From Octopus vulgaris (Eukaryota): a stretch of DNA of 64,000 bases. The stretch is taken from positions 31,744,001 through 31,808,000 of the forward strand of contig OX597823.1 of NCBI GenBank assembly GCA_951406725.2. The letters are read 5' to 3'. The notes under the pieces were generated by a model. It did not search any database, was not told where the DNA came from, and was given only the letters and a program-made list of their open reading frames with translations. Position numbers and translations under genes: made by a program. The first letter of the stretch is position 1. The number at the start of each line of letters is the position of its first letter. Below, one piece after another: positions 39,181-53,371 of this stretch.

Positions 39181-40167
39181 AGAGTAACCAGGAAGTAGTT
39201 TCAAATCCTTGGAAGACTCCTGAAAACAGTGAGTGGGTTTACAAGGAAGAGGGTGGGAGACATGGCAATATCTTAGTGGGGAATAGGTTAGTTCTGAATG
39301 GGGTTTAAGTAAGTAATAAGTGTATAAAACTTGCAATAAAGTTTTAATGAACATAAAGGACGCAACTTTTTGGCCTCAATTTTACTTAACTGGACGGGTT
39401 TTCAAATAAATAAAATAAATAAAATAAATAAAATGGAATTCAAACAAATAAAATCCACAAAAAGAAACAGAAATTCAAAAACAATAATCAGATGAAGATG
39501 CTTGAGACAATGGAATGTTGGGCTATGTATAACATTCAAAGCCCCATTACTTAAGTTCAAATTCTGCCAGGGTAAATGCAAGGAATATCACAGACTTTTT
39601 TTCTTTTTTTTTTTATGGAAGTGGGTGGAAAGAGTTCAATTTATGCAATCCACCTTGTTGCTTACCGAAATTATGCCAGAGAAAACAGGAAAAGCAACAG
39701 AAAACAAAAAAAAAAAAACCTGTGTTTATTTAGAAATTTATATTTATTTTCTGTGAAATGTTATTTATATAAATGTGAAAACAAATATTTACAAATGCAC
39801 ACAAACAGATACCCACATACAAACACACACACACACACACACATTTTGGCAACATCCTTGAGGCAGATGATATGTGATATGTCTTCATAAAACTTAACCA
39901 TATTTTGTAAATAAATCTTGCATGGATGAGTTATACAATGAATTAGGTACAAGTAAACAGTTTTTTGCTGGGTGAGGGTGGAGCATTAGCAGAACCAATA
40001 GTGTGGCAGGGAAAATAAGTACCATGTGGTAATTATTTAAGTAGGGTTCTGAGTTCAAATCCATCTAAAGTCAAAACTTGCTTTTCATTCTTTGGGGTTT
40101 GATAAAATAGGTAACAATAAAATAATGGGGTTGAATTCATTATATTCTCTCCACCAAAAAATATATG

Positions 40168-40198
<31 letters not shown>

Positions 40199-41407
40199 GT
40201 CTCTGTGAGGAGGTCTCCCCTCCCCCTTTGGGGAATTTGAACTTAAAATAGATGAAATGACACTAAGCATTTCATCTGATGTGCTGACAACTCTGCCAGC
40301 TTAAAGCCATATTATTATTGGTTTCAAATTTTGGCACAATGCCAGCAATTTGCAGGTGGGGTAAGTTGATTACACCGACTTCAGTGTTCAACTGGTACTT
40401 ATCCTATCGATCCCGAAACAATAAAAGGTATAGCTGACTTCAGCAGAATTTGAACGTAAGAATGGATGAAATGCCACTAAGCAGAAAGACATTATGAGGA
40501 AAGTTTACAATTAGGGTATCTGAAAAAGGGACACATAAAAGACGAGGAAAGGAAAGGGAGAGAAAGGAGAGATAAAAGGTATACATAGTATGTAGAATAT
40601 GGTAACACATTGTTGATGCAGTGCTCCTAATACAGAAGAGCTTCCAATAAGGACCAATCAAGTAAACCCCTGCAGATCCAGGAACACCCTGATCATCAAG
40701 AGCATAAACCCTCATCCAAATGTGGTCCTCTTATCTACAACTCTTATCTGATAGCACCACCACCGCTATCATCATCATTATTTGTAATGTCTCATGACTG
40801 ATGGCCAGGTCTTCGTCTACCCACCCCACCTGCATCACACAATCCTAACAATAACATCTGTCTGTTCAGTATTTCTTCCCACCTTTAGACTTTGCTTCCA
40901 ACTTCATTAGACCACTTCACTTAAAATTAGATCAAGTAATTATACAAGTTATTGCAGGATACAAAACCCACCTACATAACAAAACAAAAAAAAAAAAATG
41001 GCTCTGGTATTCCTTGCATTTAACCTGGCAGAATTTGAACTCAAGCAACGGGGCAGTGAGCAATTTACACGGGCCAACATTTCATTGTCTCAAACATCAT
41101 CATTTAATTATTGTTTCTGAATTTCTGTTTCTTTTTCATGTTTGTGGACACATAAGTTTTACTTACTTGGATTTTATTTCATATATCTATTAATTCATTT
41201 GAAAATACATCCAGCTAAATAAAATTGAGGCCAAAAAAAGATGTCCTTTATATCCATGCTACCACACAATACTTGTCTTTATGTAGAATATTTTTTACCT
41301 GTTTCCAAGCAAGCGTTTCTCTCATGGCCAGGTATGTTTTCACAGAAGATTTGAAACAGATGACACCAATTGCATCATAACGTGACAATGCTACTCTCAT
41401 ATGTGAA

Positions 41408-41500
<93 letters not shown>

Positions 41501-41504
<4 letters not shown>

Positions 41505-41692
41505 AATCCAAACAAAGAAGAACAAGAAAAATCAACACGAGGGTGTGGTACAAGTACTGTATTATCAGATGCTCAGGAAAGGAAAGAAAGAGGATTTGAT
41601 GCATCGAGCCAAACTCTTCTTCAGAAATAGAGGAAAGTCCAAAGGAAGGGAAGACAGAGGAAGAAAATCGCCAACGATACACATGCGGTTAC
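41501..41692 (-). mobile_element. HH family 2 diverged copy embedded in (TA)n, hammerhead-like motif at 41594-41628
   Basis: ATTT-CTGAAGA-A-GAGT-TTG-GCTC-GATGC-ATC-AAAT has a canonical CUGAAGA and stem I AUUU/AAAU, but GAAA is mutated. Confidence 0.55.
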
Positions 41693-41704
41693 TATATACA
41701 TACG

Positions 41705-41736
<32 letters not shown>

Positions 41737-41884
41737 CATACGTATATATATACATACATACGTATATATATTTATATACATACATATAGACATTCATATA
41801 TATATATATACATACGTATATATATTTATATACATATATACATACATATAGACATTCATATATATATATATATATATACACACA

Positions 41885-42091
41885 CTCATCTGTAGAAATG
41901 AATTGCGACATCTGGTGCCAAGCTGTATCGGCTTTTGTCTTTCCTTTGGATGACATCGGTGGCATGGAGATGGGAGGCTGGTATGCATGGGCGACTGCTG
42001 GCCTTCCATAAACAACCTTGCTTGGACTTGTACCTCGGAGGGTAACTTTCTAGGTGCAATTCCATTATCGTTCGTGACCAAAGGGGGCCTC
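41885..42091 (+). mobile_element. 3' part of a family-C (CORE-like) SINE
   Basis: Reverse complement of 53372-53580. Confidence 0.8.
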
Positions 42092-43411
42092 CACATACAC
42101 ACACATATATATTACGTACAACACCTTATCTACACCAGTTTTTCTTGCAATAAAGGAAAAAAATTTTAAACGTTTTGTGGACTTCTTTTTGCTTTTGGTG
42201 AAAACATTTTCTCTTCTTTCTTTTGTGCAGAACTAATTAAACATTAAAGAAAAAAAAAACTGACAACACTGGCATTGACACATCATCAACACCATCATCG
42301 TTACTGTTATTGTTCTTGTCTTAGCATACCGTACTTAAGAGATGCACTAAACAAACATGTCAGCACTTGATCTGATCCGTTCATCTTCATACAAGTATCC
42401 CGGGATCTGATCTCAAAACCTCTTTCCTCCTCCGCATTATACTTCAGTGTTTACCCACATCCTAGTTGTGAATGATGTTTATTTTAGACACAACTTTGCT
42501 TCACTATACACCACTATGGTGTCTATAAAGTGTAGAAATCTATCAGTTACATTAGTTGTACATCTTCAAGCAGCGCTTCTCGGTAAGCGGGGAGTGGGTG
42601 CTTGCCCCTCACCAGTGGGGTACAGTAATATTTTGGTCAGGCACACGTTACTCCAGAATGGATCAAAAAGTAAGAAGTGAATGAAATTTTAATGTGTGTG
42701 TCTTTCTCTTCTTTTTAGTGTTAAATATGTTAAATACAACTTTTGTGAAAATTTATTCCTTCCATATTGTTTTCCTCCTCTTGACTTCATTATCTTCCTA
42801 GTAGGTTGTGTGTGTGTGCATGTGTGTATGCTTAACTACAAACTTATGGTCAAGTGCTCTTTTTTTTGTTTTTTGTTTTTGGTGGAGGGTGAGGAGTAAA
42901 CCTGAAAAAAAAAACACTACATCAGAACAATGTTTTCCATAGGGGTGGGCCTATCAGGCGAGAAAAAAGAGCCAGACAAATTACCATGTCTAATAAAAGA
43001 CTACAAAGGTTATTATCCTTTAAAACTTGCCCAACACCTTGTCAAAAGACAAAAGCATTATGTAAAAGCAAAGTCTATTTTGATTTCACAGAAAGGGATA
43101 GGGACACATATTTCCCAGTAACTGTTGATGGAGCTAACAGCTGTCTATCTGAGAACCACTTCCTTAAAAGTATACACTCCCTTTCATAAATCCATGCAGT
43201 GATATTGTTAGGCACACCTGTCCAGTAAGGGAAGAGATATGCTCTCTGAAAAATATTGATGGGTGTGTCGTGGTTGGAATGTCAATCATAGGTGTTTATC
43301 TAATCAGGGATGATCTGAAGCTAAACAACAACAACCACCTACATTAGATGTGTGTGTGTAGACACACCTACAAGCTCTTTCTGATTACATGTATGCACAT
43401 GTGTATGTGTG

Positions 43412-43456
<45 letters not shown>

Positions 43457-43495
43457 GCATGCACATATATAGACATGCACATATATATACACACG

Positions 43496-43528
<33 letters not shown>

Positions 43529-43984
43529 CATTTACTTGTTTCAGTCATTAGACTGTGACCATGCTGGGGCACCGCCTTGGAGAATTTTCAGTCAAATGAT
43601 TTGACCCCCACCCCTGTACTTTTTTTATTGGCCTCTTTTGTCGAACTGTTAAGTTACAGGGACAAACACAAAGACATACACATAAACACACACACACATA
43701 AACACACACACACATGCACACATATATGTGTGTGTGTGTGTGCAGTCTATTAGTATTGAATTAATAAATAATAATTAGTGAAAGTCAATCATTGTTCATC
43801 AATATTTCTCCATTTTCTGTTTTCTTTAAATTACGATTCTTGATAAACTCATGTCTTTACCTATAATTTATGAACATAATATACTTGCATCTGTATACCC
43901 ATGGTTAAACATAGGTAATATACCAGTAGCGTAATGGATACTCCTATCCCTTAGACAATTATTTTAACCTCTAACTCAGCTAAC

Positions 43985-44026
<42 letters not shown>

Positions 44027-44044
44027 TACATACATAGTTATAAA

Positions 44045-44272
44045 GGCGGCGAGCTGGCAGAAATGTTAGCATGCCGGGCGAAATGCATAGCCGTATTTCG
44101 TCTGCCGTTATGTTCTGTGTTCAAATTCTGCCGAGGTCGACTTTGCCTTTCATCCTTTCTGAGTCGATAAATAAAGTACCAGTTTCGCACTGGGGGGGTC
44201 TATGTAATCGACTTAATCCCTTTGTCTGTCCTTGTTTGTCCCCTCTGTGTTTAGCCCCTTGTGGGTAGTAAA
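44045..44272 (+). mobile_element. SINE family B, full length
   Basis: Complete family-B layout. A similar copy lies at 52115-52318. Confidence 0.9.
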
Positions 44273-44387
44273 TAAATATATATATATATATATATATCAT
44301 CATGATCATCATCGTCGTTTAACGTCCGCTTTCCACGCTAACAATGGGCTTCTTTCAGTTTCCATCTACCAAATCCACTCACAAGGC

Positions 44388-45410
44388 TAAAGTTATGTTT
44401 TTATTGCCATCGTTTATTGTTATTGTTATTATTATTATTATTAATTAGCTTAGTGATTGAAGTGAGGAAATGAGGACACTTAATACTTACTGTTTTGTGA
44501 AATGAGAAATTCAACAATATCATAGGTCCCCTTCCCTCTCTATCCTCCTTCATATATACACACACACTCTTCCATATATATATAAACACAAGTAATAGAA
44601 GATACTTGCCCAAGGTGCCACACAGCGGGACAGAACAAAGAACTATGAGATTGAGAAGCAAACTTCATACCACACAGCCATACTTGCATCTATACACACA
44701 CACACACGTACACACATTTATACAACCTTATATACATAGATACATATACACACACACATATTTTAGATAAAATTAAATAAATAAATATGAGAAAACAAAA
44801 CTAAGTCACAAAAAGATTGTTGTTTCAAAGTGCGGGGGTGGGGTGGGGTGGGGGAGGAAATATATGTTAAATAAGTCATTAGAAGCAGTGGGATGGGAGG
44901 GGTTACTGCAAGGGAGGGGATGATTAAAAAGAAATTACCAGGTGCTTGTGTAAGTGAGACCTGAAATGACCCCCAACACCCACACTTGACAAGGACAGCA
45001 TTACCACCACCACCACCACCATTAACAACAACAACACAACCCACAAACACAATAGCAAAGAAGAGGTAGTGGAGGTGGTAGTGGAGGTGGTCGTGGTGGC
45101 GGCAGCAGCAGCAGGAGTAGTAGTACTAGTAGTAGTAAATGAAATGAAGTTCAAAGATGAGAAAACTTAGCAAGCAATAAGTTCCTCAAGAATAACAAAC
45201 ACTGACTCACTTATGTTTTTATTAGCATCGTTATTGTTATTATTATTATTATTAATAATTAGCTTAGTGATTGAAGTGAGGAAATGAGGACACTTAATAC
45301 TTACTGTTTTGTGAAATATGAGAGAAATTCAACAATATCAAAGGTCCCCTCCCCCCACCTCTCTCCTCCATATATATATATATATATATATGCACACACA
45401 CACACTCTTT
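44388..45410 (+). repeat. Local direct duplication of about 200 bp (44388-44575 and 45210-45410)
   Basis: Both copies share TTAGCTTAGTGATTGAAGTGAGGAAATGAGGACACTTAATACTTACTGTTTTGTGAAAT. Confidence 0.9.
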
Positions 45411-45769
45411 CAAATCAGTGTTCTTTGTTTTTATTGTAATAACAATGACTGCAACAAAAGCTAATGCTACTGTAAACACATACCAGGGAACCTAAACTCA
45501 TATGCTGGCCCTGGGGGTTGGGCAATAGCCAAACCCAAGTGTGTTGAGATCTAAACATATGTCAGAATAAAGAATTTGGGGCTTTATACACTTGTCCCTC
45601 TGTGCAAAGTGTACTACACCCTTCTTGTGGATGGAATCAGAAGAGTCAGGTTCGAAGTGTGTGAAAGGTGTTGTGTGTGAGGTTGAGGGTGGGGTTGTTT
45701 CAATAAAAGATGAAGAGTGCACAGGTGAAAGGTGACATCTCATCTGATGAATTCAATATATACGTGTGT

Positions 45770-46120
45770 TGCCAGGGCTGTTGACTGGCCCCTGTGCTGG
45801 TGGCACATAGAAAAAAAGCACCATTCAAATGTGGTCGTTGCCAGTGCCGCCAGACTGGCTCCTGTGCAGGTGGCATGTAAAAAGCACCATTTGAGCATGG
45901 CCGATGCCAGTACCGCCTGACTGGCCCTCATGCCGGTGGCACGTAACAGCACTCACTACACTTTCGGAATAGTTGGTGTTAGGAAGGGCATCCAGCTGTA
46001 GAAACTCTGCCAAATCAGAATGGAGACTGGTGTAGCCTTCTAGCACACCAGCCCTGAGTCAAAACGTCCAACCCGTGCCAGCATGGAAAGCAGACGTTAA
46101 ACGGAAAACGATGATGATAA
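45770..46120 (+). mobile_element. Family D retroposon with (GAT)n tail (RTE-associated type)
   Basis: GGTTGGTGTTAGGAAGGGCATCCAGCTGTAGAAAC...CCAGCATGGAAAGCAGACGTTAAA..GATGATGAT. Copies lie at 35200-35382 and 60715-60952 (plus) and at 46830-46990, 48300-48480 and 50580-50765 (minus). Confidence 0.8.
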
Positions 46121-46559
46121 ACATGTATGTGTCTGTAAGTACAGATGGGTGTGCATGTATGTATATGTATATACATGTGCATATGTGTGACTGTATATAC
46201 ACACAGACACACACACTTTCATGTAATAGGCATAGAGATGTCAACACCATAAAGCAGTGCTAAAATAAATGTTTGCTTGTGTGTGTGTGTGTGTGTGCAT
46301 ACATTCATACGTATACAGACACAACTGTACAAAGATAGAAAAAAAAAACTACTCAACACATGCTGTGAACTGGACATTGTATATCTGTCTTAACAGTTTT
46401 GCTCCTTAGATTCACATAGCTCAAACTTTTACATGCTTTTCATTACACGTATGAAATTTTGAACCCAGTGAATCTAACACAAAACACTTGTGTGTGTATG
46501 TATATATATATATATATAAATATATATATAATACACACGTGCACACACACACACACACA

Positions 46560-46750
46560 TCTTGGTTCAGGCTCATGATGGGAGTTGATGCCCAAAGGAG
46601 GCAAAAGACCAAGAGGAAAACCAAGGAAGTTGGGGCAGTTCTGGGACAATATGATAGTAATAGGAGATGCCCCGAGGGGAGTTAGGAGGAAAGCAACCAA
46701 CATGTTTAGAGAAGGTTCACTGCCCATTGTGCTGACAGTGCCGGAGGATC
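46560..46750 (+). pseudogene. RTE LINE C-terminal fragment
   Basis: PKGGKRPRGKPRK..W resembles the GKRxRGRP motif at the end of RTE ORFs. Confidence 0.5.
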
Positions 46751-47868
46751 TATATGTGTGTGTATATATACATATATATACATTCACTGTATGTATATAT
46801 ATATATATATAGGTGTGCATATATTTCATCATCATCAACATTTAGCACTGTTTTCCATGCTGGCATGGGTTGGACAGCTTGACAGGAGTTAGCAAGGCCA
46901 GGGTCCACATCAGGTTTCCTCGTCTGTTTTGGCTTGGTTTCTACAGTTGGATGCCCTTCCTAATGCCAACCACTTTACAGAGTGTACTGGGGGGGGGGGC
47001 GGTATTTAGACGGAAGAAGTATGAAAGGAAAGAGCTCGACTCAGCTGAAGTGAGATTTGAACCAAGACCAGAAAGAGTTGAAAGTAAACACAGCAAATAT
47101 ATTTAGTCTGGCAGGTGTCACATCCAAAAAACTAATTCACAGCCAGCATTCACAGTTAATATTGGACACATATGAAATTACTAAAATTACATTAAAAAAA
47201 TGAAGAAAAAAAGCAGAAGAAAAAAAAAACTAGTGATACAGTAAAAAAAAAAAAAAAAAGGAAAAGAAAAATACAATGTGCAATAATATTTTGCACTAAA
47301 TAATCTGCAGGTTTTATTGTAAGTGTCTGCAGAAGCAGCAGCAGAAACGACAACGACTATGGTGGCGACAGAAAACATATTTTTTTGAAGTCGTTTATTT
47401 TTTTTTTAAGTCTTTTGCCAAGTGTGAAGGAGAGAGGGAGAAGCAGGGAGGGAGAGAGAGAATGGAAGAAAGAAAGAGAGAGAGACAGAGAGAGAGAGGG
47501 GGGGGAAGGAAGAAGCAGAAAAGGTAGGAGAGAGAGAGAGAGAGAGATTTGGAAAACTAAAGGAAGGTGATATATTGTTTAATTAGACCTGACAGCCACA
47601 GTAGCAGCAGCTAAGAACTAACCTGATACTAGACAACAATTTGGATGAAAAGATTATAACAATGAAACAGTTATTGCATGTGTTTCTTCCTCCTGCTCCT
47701 CTTCCTTTTCTCTTTCTTTAAGTGGCTGCAACCAAGATACGCTTCACCATGTTGTGTTGATTACCTCTGTCCACACACCCCTTCCTTAGCTTTTGCTGGG
47801 GTCAGCTCCTAATGTTATGCATCTCAGCCTATAACATCAATGCGGATGATCTGTTGGGGCATGGAAGT

Positions 47869-47919
<51 letters not shown>

Positions 47920-47999
47920 CATATATGTACATACTTTATGTATGTGTGTGTGTGTGTGTATATATATATATACACACACACATATATATATATGCATAT

Positions 48000-48285
48000 A
48001 TGGGCACAGAACGTCATGAAATGTGTAAGACAAAATATACAAAGTACGAGTACATGGAAAATGAACTATTTTTTTGAACAACAAAAGACACAAATGGAAA
48101 ACAAGACAAGCAACATAAAGAACGACCCTTCATCAGTTGTTGGCTGTTTTTCTAGTCTCGTATTTCGAGCATTTAACAACAATATATACCTTCGATAAAA
48201 CAGTTGCTCCTGCAAAGCAAATTAAATAAAATTTGAGATTTTGCGGAGGGTCAAAATTGGTAACACAAACAGGACAGTGAAAACC
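48000..48285 (-). mobile_element. Repeat family 3, longer copy next to (TA)n
   Basis: Homolog of 28673-28850, with minus-strand CTGATGA at 48130-48136. Confidence 0.7.
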
Positions 48286-48748
48286 TACATCATCTTTGAT
48301 GTTGTTTAACTTCCATTTCCCAAGCTGGCACGGTTTGATAGGAGCTGTCCGGACACCAATTGTCTGTTGTGGCATGGTTTCTATGGCTGGATGCCCTTCC
48401 TAACACCAACCACTTTACAGAGTGTGGACTGGATGCGTTTTACGTAGCACTGGCAAGAGTGCATTTTATGTGGCACCCACACCTGTAAATCACCCAAATA
48501 TGGCCAGGGTATTCAGCATGATGGCAGTGGTCAGCAAGGCATACCCTATGCTGAGATAGGATGGGAAATGTTCATTAATCTCCTCTTGGGTCTCATATGC
48601 ACAGCCTACAATGCTTTGAGCCCTTGCAAGAAACATGGAATTACTGAATGAGGACACCATTGCAACCATCACCACTAGTTCCTTTAATTTAGATTTAAAA
48701 TGACTCCTACTTCAAATCCAGTCTAGAGTCTTTCGCTTTTCTTTTCTT

Positions 48749-49143
48749 TTTACTTGTTTCAGTCATTTTGACTGCGGCCATGCTGGAGCACCGCCTTTAA
48801 TTGAGCAAATCGACCCCGGGACTTATTCTTTGTAAGCCCAGTACTTATTCTATCGGTCTCTTTTGCCGAACCACTAAGTGACAGGGACATAAACACACCA
48901 GCATCGGTTGTCAAGCAATGCTAGGGGGACAAACACAGACACACAAACATACACGCACATACATATATATACACATATACGACGGGCTTCTTTCAGTTTC
49001 TGTCTACCAAATCCACTCACAAGGTTTTGGTCGGCCCGAGGCTATAGTAGAAGACACTTGCCCAAGGTGCCACACAGTGGGACTGAACCTGGAACCATGT
49101 GGTTGGTAAACAAGCTACTTACCACACAGCCACTCCTGCGCCT
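48749..49143 (-). mobile_element. SINE family A, young full-length copy
   Basis: Complete layout, highly similar to 51008-51411 and 27456-27840. Confidence 0.92.
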
Positions 49144-49999
49144 CTAGAATGGTCTTTGATGTTATCGTTAAACCAAACTAAAGAATACCCTTGTCATCAA
49201 GTAATAAGGTATTTGATATAGGTGTAAATATGTAAACTTAAAATGAGGTTAATAGTTAACTAATAACTTTAACAAATATCCTTGGACTGAACAATGCCCC
49301 ACACACCCACACATACCATGCAGGTATGTTAAATACACTCGTGTATGCCTAATCACTCACACACATATGCTAACAAAATTGATAGACACATATCCTCACT
49401 GCTATGTGTCAATGCAGCAAATTCAGTACAAATATGTACATTTACACACACACACATGCGCGCGCGCGCACACATGGAAGATCATGTTATATGAGAGCCT
49501 CTAAAAATGCTTGGTCCTTGAAAACAGGAGATGACAGTGGTGATCTAAGCAGACAGCTGAAGGAGCTAACAATACAAATAGCACATTGTTTACCATCCTT
49601 TCAATAGCTGTAGTAATACTGGAAGTGGTGGTGGTGGTGGTGGTGGTAGTAAAAGTAGTAGAAGTAGTAGCAGCAGCACCAGCAGCAGTAGTACTCATAC
49701 ATACATAAAATTATGTATAAGAGTATTTCTAAGAGACTTCTATAGACAAAACTAAACCAGTGCAATTAACTTGATCGCTAGATTAATTAATAGAACAATG
49801 CTTAGGGTAATGACATGCTTTATCATATCAATACATCTTGTGATTTCATACGTGTCTCAGTAATTGGACTGCGGCCATGCTGGGGCATCATCTTCAAGGG
49901 TTTTAGTTGAAAAAACTGGTTCCAGTATTTTGGGATATTTTTCAAAGTCTGGTACTTATTCTATTGGTTTCATCTGCTGGACTGCTAAGTTACAAGCAC

Positions 50000-50237
50000 C
50001 AGGGTTGTGGAGTCAAAACAAAAAAACTTCAACTCCGACTCCTTTACTATTGGCACCTCTGATTCCGACTCCTCTTTGTTTAATTAAGTGATTGTGGTCT
50101 ACATATCTCATAAAGCATATGCATACGCTTGTACTCTGAGTAGACATTGCAAGTCGTAGTCGGTATAGTTTTACCGACCCCAACTCCAGCTACCCCTTAA
50201 TTGTTTCTGACACCACGACTCCAACTCGACAGCCCTG
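50000..50237. mobile_element. hAT-type MITE nested in a family-A SINE (49852-50420, minus)
   Basis: TIRs CAGGGTTGTGGAGT / ACTCGACAGCCCTG, internal CCGACTCC repeats, and a degenerate 8-bp TSD ACAAGCAC/ACAATGAC. The SINE resumes on both sides. Confidence 0.8.
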
Positions 50238-51007
50238 ACAATGACATAATCACACTGACACCGGTTATCAAATGGTGTGGGGGGGGAGTGACAAGTGCAG
50301 GCACAAAAGCACACAATAGGCTTCCACGAAGCCTACCAGACTTACTCACAAGGCATTGGTTGGCCCGAGGCTATAGTCAAAGACACTTGTCCAAGGTTCC
50401 ACACAGTGGGACTGAACCTGAGCTATTATAGACATAACCAAATACAAAAACTTACTCCACAAGCACATGGTTCTGGGTTCAATCTCACTGTGTGATACCT
50501 TGGACAAGTGTCTTCTTCTATAGCCTCAGCCCTGACAAAGCCTTGTGAGTGGATTTGGCAGATGAAAACTGAAAGAAGCCCATCATCATCATCATCGTTT
50601 AACGTCCATTTTCCATGCTGGCATGGGTTCGACAGTTTAACTAGGGACTGGCAAGCTAGGAGGCTGCACCAGACTCCAATCTGAACTGGCAACGTTTCTA
50701 CAGTAGGATGCCTTTCTTAATGCCAACCACTTCGCGAGTGTAGTGGGTGCTTTTTATGTGCCATCAGTATTCGCCTAAATGCAGTGCTCCAGCATGGCCA
50801 GTCAAATGACTGAAACAAATAAGAGAAAATAAAAGATGATATAACATCATATATCATTAGTGTATGTGTGTGTATATGTACGAGTATATATATGTGTGTG
50901 TGTGTGTATCTCAAAGGCAGTGCTCCAGCATGGCCACAGTCAAATGACTGAAACAAGTAAAATAAAAGAATATGTACATACACACACATACATATCTCTT
51001 TTACTCT

Positions 51008-51212
51008 CTTTTATTTGTTTCAGTTATTTGACTGCAGCCATGCTGGAGCACTGCCTTTAGTCGAGCAAATCGACCCCAGCACTTATTCTTTGTAAGCCCA
51101 GTACTTATTCTATTGGTCTCTTTTGCCGAACCGCTAAGTGATGGGGACGTAAACACACCAGCATCGGTTGTCAAGCAATGCTAGGGGAACAAAAATAGAC
51201 ATACAAACACAT

Positions 51213-51249
<37 letters not shown>

Positions 51250-51411
51250 TACGATAGGCTTCTTTCAGTTTCCGTCTACCAAATCCACTCACAAGGCATT
51301 GGTCGGCCCGGGGCTATAGCAGAAGACTTGCCCAAGATGCCACACAAAGGGACTGAACCCGGAACCATGTGGTTGGTTAGCAAGCTACTTACCACACAGC
51401 CACTCCTGCGC
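51008..51411 (-). mobile_element. SINE family A, full length
   Basis: Complete reverse-complement layout. Confidence 0.92.
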
Positions 51412-52781
51412 AGAGAGAGACACACACAAACACACATATATGACTGTATGTGTGTATGCTTTTCTGCAGCCTTGTCTTGACATCACATGATAATTGTAAA
51501 CGAGTCTCACCATCACACAGGTGGTGTCGTTCATTTTTCAGTATTCTGTGAAAATGTGTTCAGTCAAGGGAAACAATGAGCTAACTCGGAAACGAGTAAG
51601 GTGTTGGTGACAGGAAGAACATTCGAGCACAGACAAATCTACCTCAACGAATTCCATCAGATCCATGTAAGCAGAGAAAATTGAACATCAAAGAGCAAAG
51701 AAATGCAGGACTGTATACTTATACAGGTATATGCTTATGTACATATAATTCACACACACACACACACACACACACGTACACAAACACATGCACGCGTACA
51801 CACACACACACACATATCCGTTTAATGTTTAACAAGGGTTATTTACTCTACATACAATTGATCTATCCCTAAACATCTCATTATCAGATTATCTCGTTAA
51901 AGGAGGATAAAATGAGTGGCCATGGTGTGATGGTGGTGGTGGTGGTGGCGGTGGTGGCAGCGAGTGCATTTTGTAGTGGTGTAACAAGCATATCTTAGTG
52001 GAGGTGATGAGGGTGGTGACAGTAGTGGTGGAGTGATAAGCTGTGTTAGTGGAGGTGGTGATAGTTTGGGTTGTGTAGGTGGTGGTGGTGGTGGTATAGG
52101 TTTTATTATTATATTAGCACGCGAAATGCTTAGCGGTATTTTGTCTGCTGCTACGTTGTGAGTTCAAATTCCACCTAGGTCGACTTTGCCTTTCATCCTT
52201 TCGGGGGTCGATTAAATAAGTACCAGTTACACACTGGGGTCGATATAATCGACTTAATCCATTTGTGTGTCCTTGTTTGTCCTCTCTGTGTTTGGCCCCT
52301 TGTAGGTAGTAAAGAAATAGGTATAGGTTTTATTTGCGGTGGTCATGCCAGAGGTAGTAGTTTCTGGTGATGATAGCAGTACAGGTAGTAGTAGTTAAGG
52401 AAGTGGCTATGGATGTAGTAGAAGGCATTGTGGGGAAGGTAGTGGGAGTGGTGCTGGTCTGGAAACAATAAGCCACATTCAACAGATCAGCAAAAGCAGT
52501 GTCCCACCCAAATCAGCAGCAGGGGGAGGGGAGTCAAGTTTGGCAAGTACTTAGGAACTTCACCAGTGATGGTGCCATGACAATAAACGATGCACCCACA
52601 AGTGAAGAGGCTGGTGTTAGAGAGAGTATCTCAGTTGTAGAAAACATGCCAAAGCAGACAGCAAAGCCTGACACAGCACTCTGTATCGTCAGTTCAAATC
52701 AAACCATCCATCATATGCAAGCGTAGAAAAAGGGGCATTAAATGACAATGACAGACACACACACACATATGTAAATATATA

Positions 52782-53225
52782 CCGTAAATCCTCAAGTATA
52801 GTCCGCCCTTGAGTATAACACGCAGGGGATTTTTAGCGGGCTGTACCTCTGAAAAATCTAAACCTTGTGTATAATACACACCCTTTTTAACTTGAGTCGT
52901 GCGTAATTAAGTCAGCAGCACCTAGTCGAACAAACACTTCTGTGCATGCGTAATACAATAATGGTGATGTTCTTAACTGTTATATGGGAATGTAAATATG
53001 TTTGTAAATTGTTTTTGTTACATGTTATTCAGTGTTCTGAATACTTTTATTTTAATAAATGTTGCTTACAAGATGCGTCTGACTAAACATTGCCGGACAG
53101 CAAATAGAGACATGGACATTGCTTAGAAAATAGTTTTCAATTTTAACCTCGTATGTAGTACGCACTAGAGATTTTAACCGTTAAATTTTGAGAAAAAAAT
53201 GCAGATTATACTCGAGGATTTACGG
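52782..53225. mobile_element. Tc1/pogo-superfamily MITE
   Basis: TA-CCGTAAATCCTCAAGTATA ... TATACTCGAGGATTTACGG-TA gives TIRs with a TA target duplication. Confidence 0.9.
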
Positions 53226-53232
53226 TACATAC

Positions 53233-53289
<57 letters not shown>

Positions 53290-53371
53290 TACACACCAAC
53301 CCATGCCAGCAGGAAAAACAGATGTTAAACAACAATGATGATGATGATATATAAATAAATATATAAAGGAG

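Noticed and set aside
48490-48675. 61-aa hydrophobic ORF on the minus strand
   Set aside because: No recognisable domain or splice signals, and it lies between repeats.
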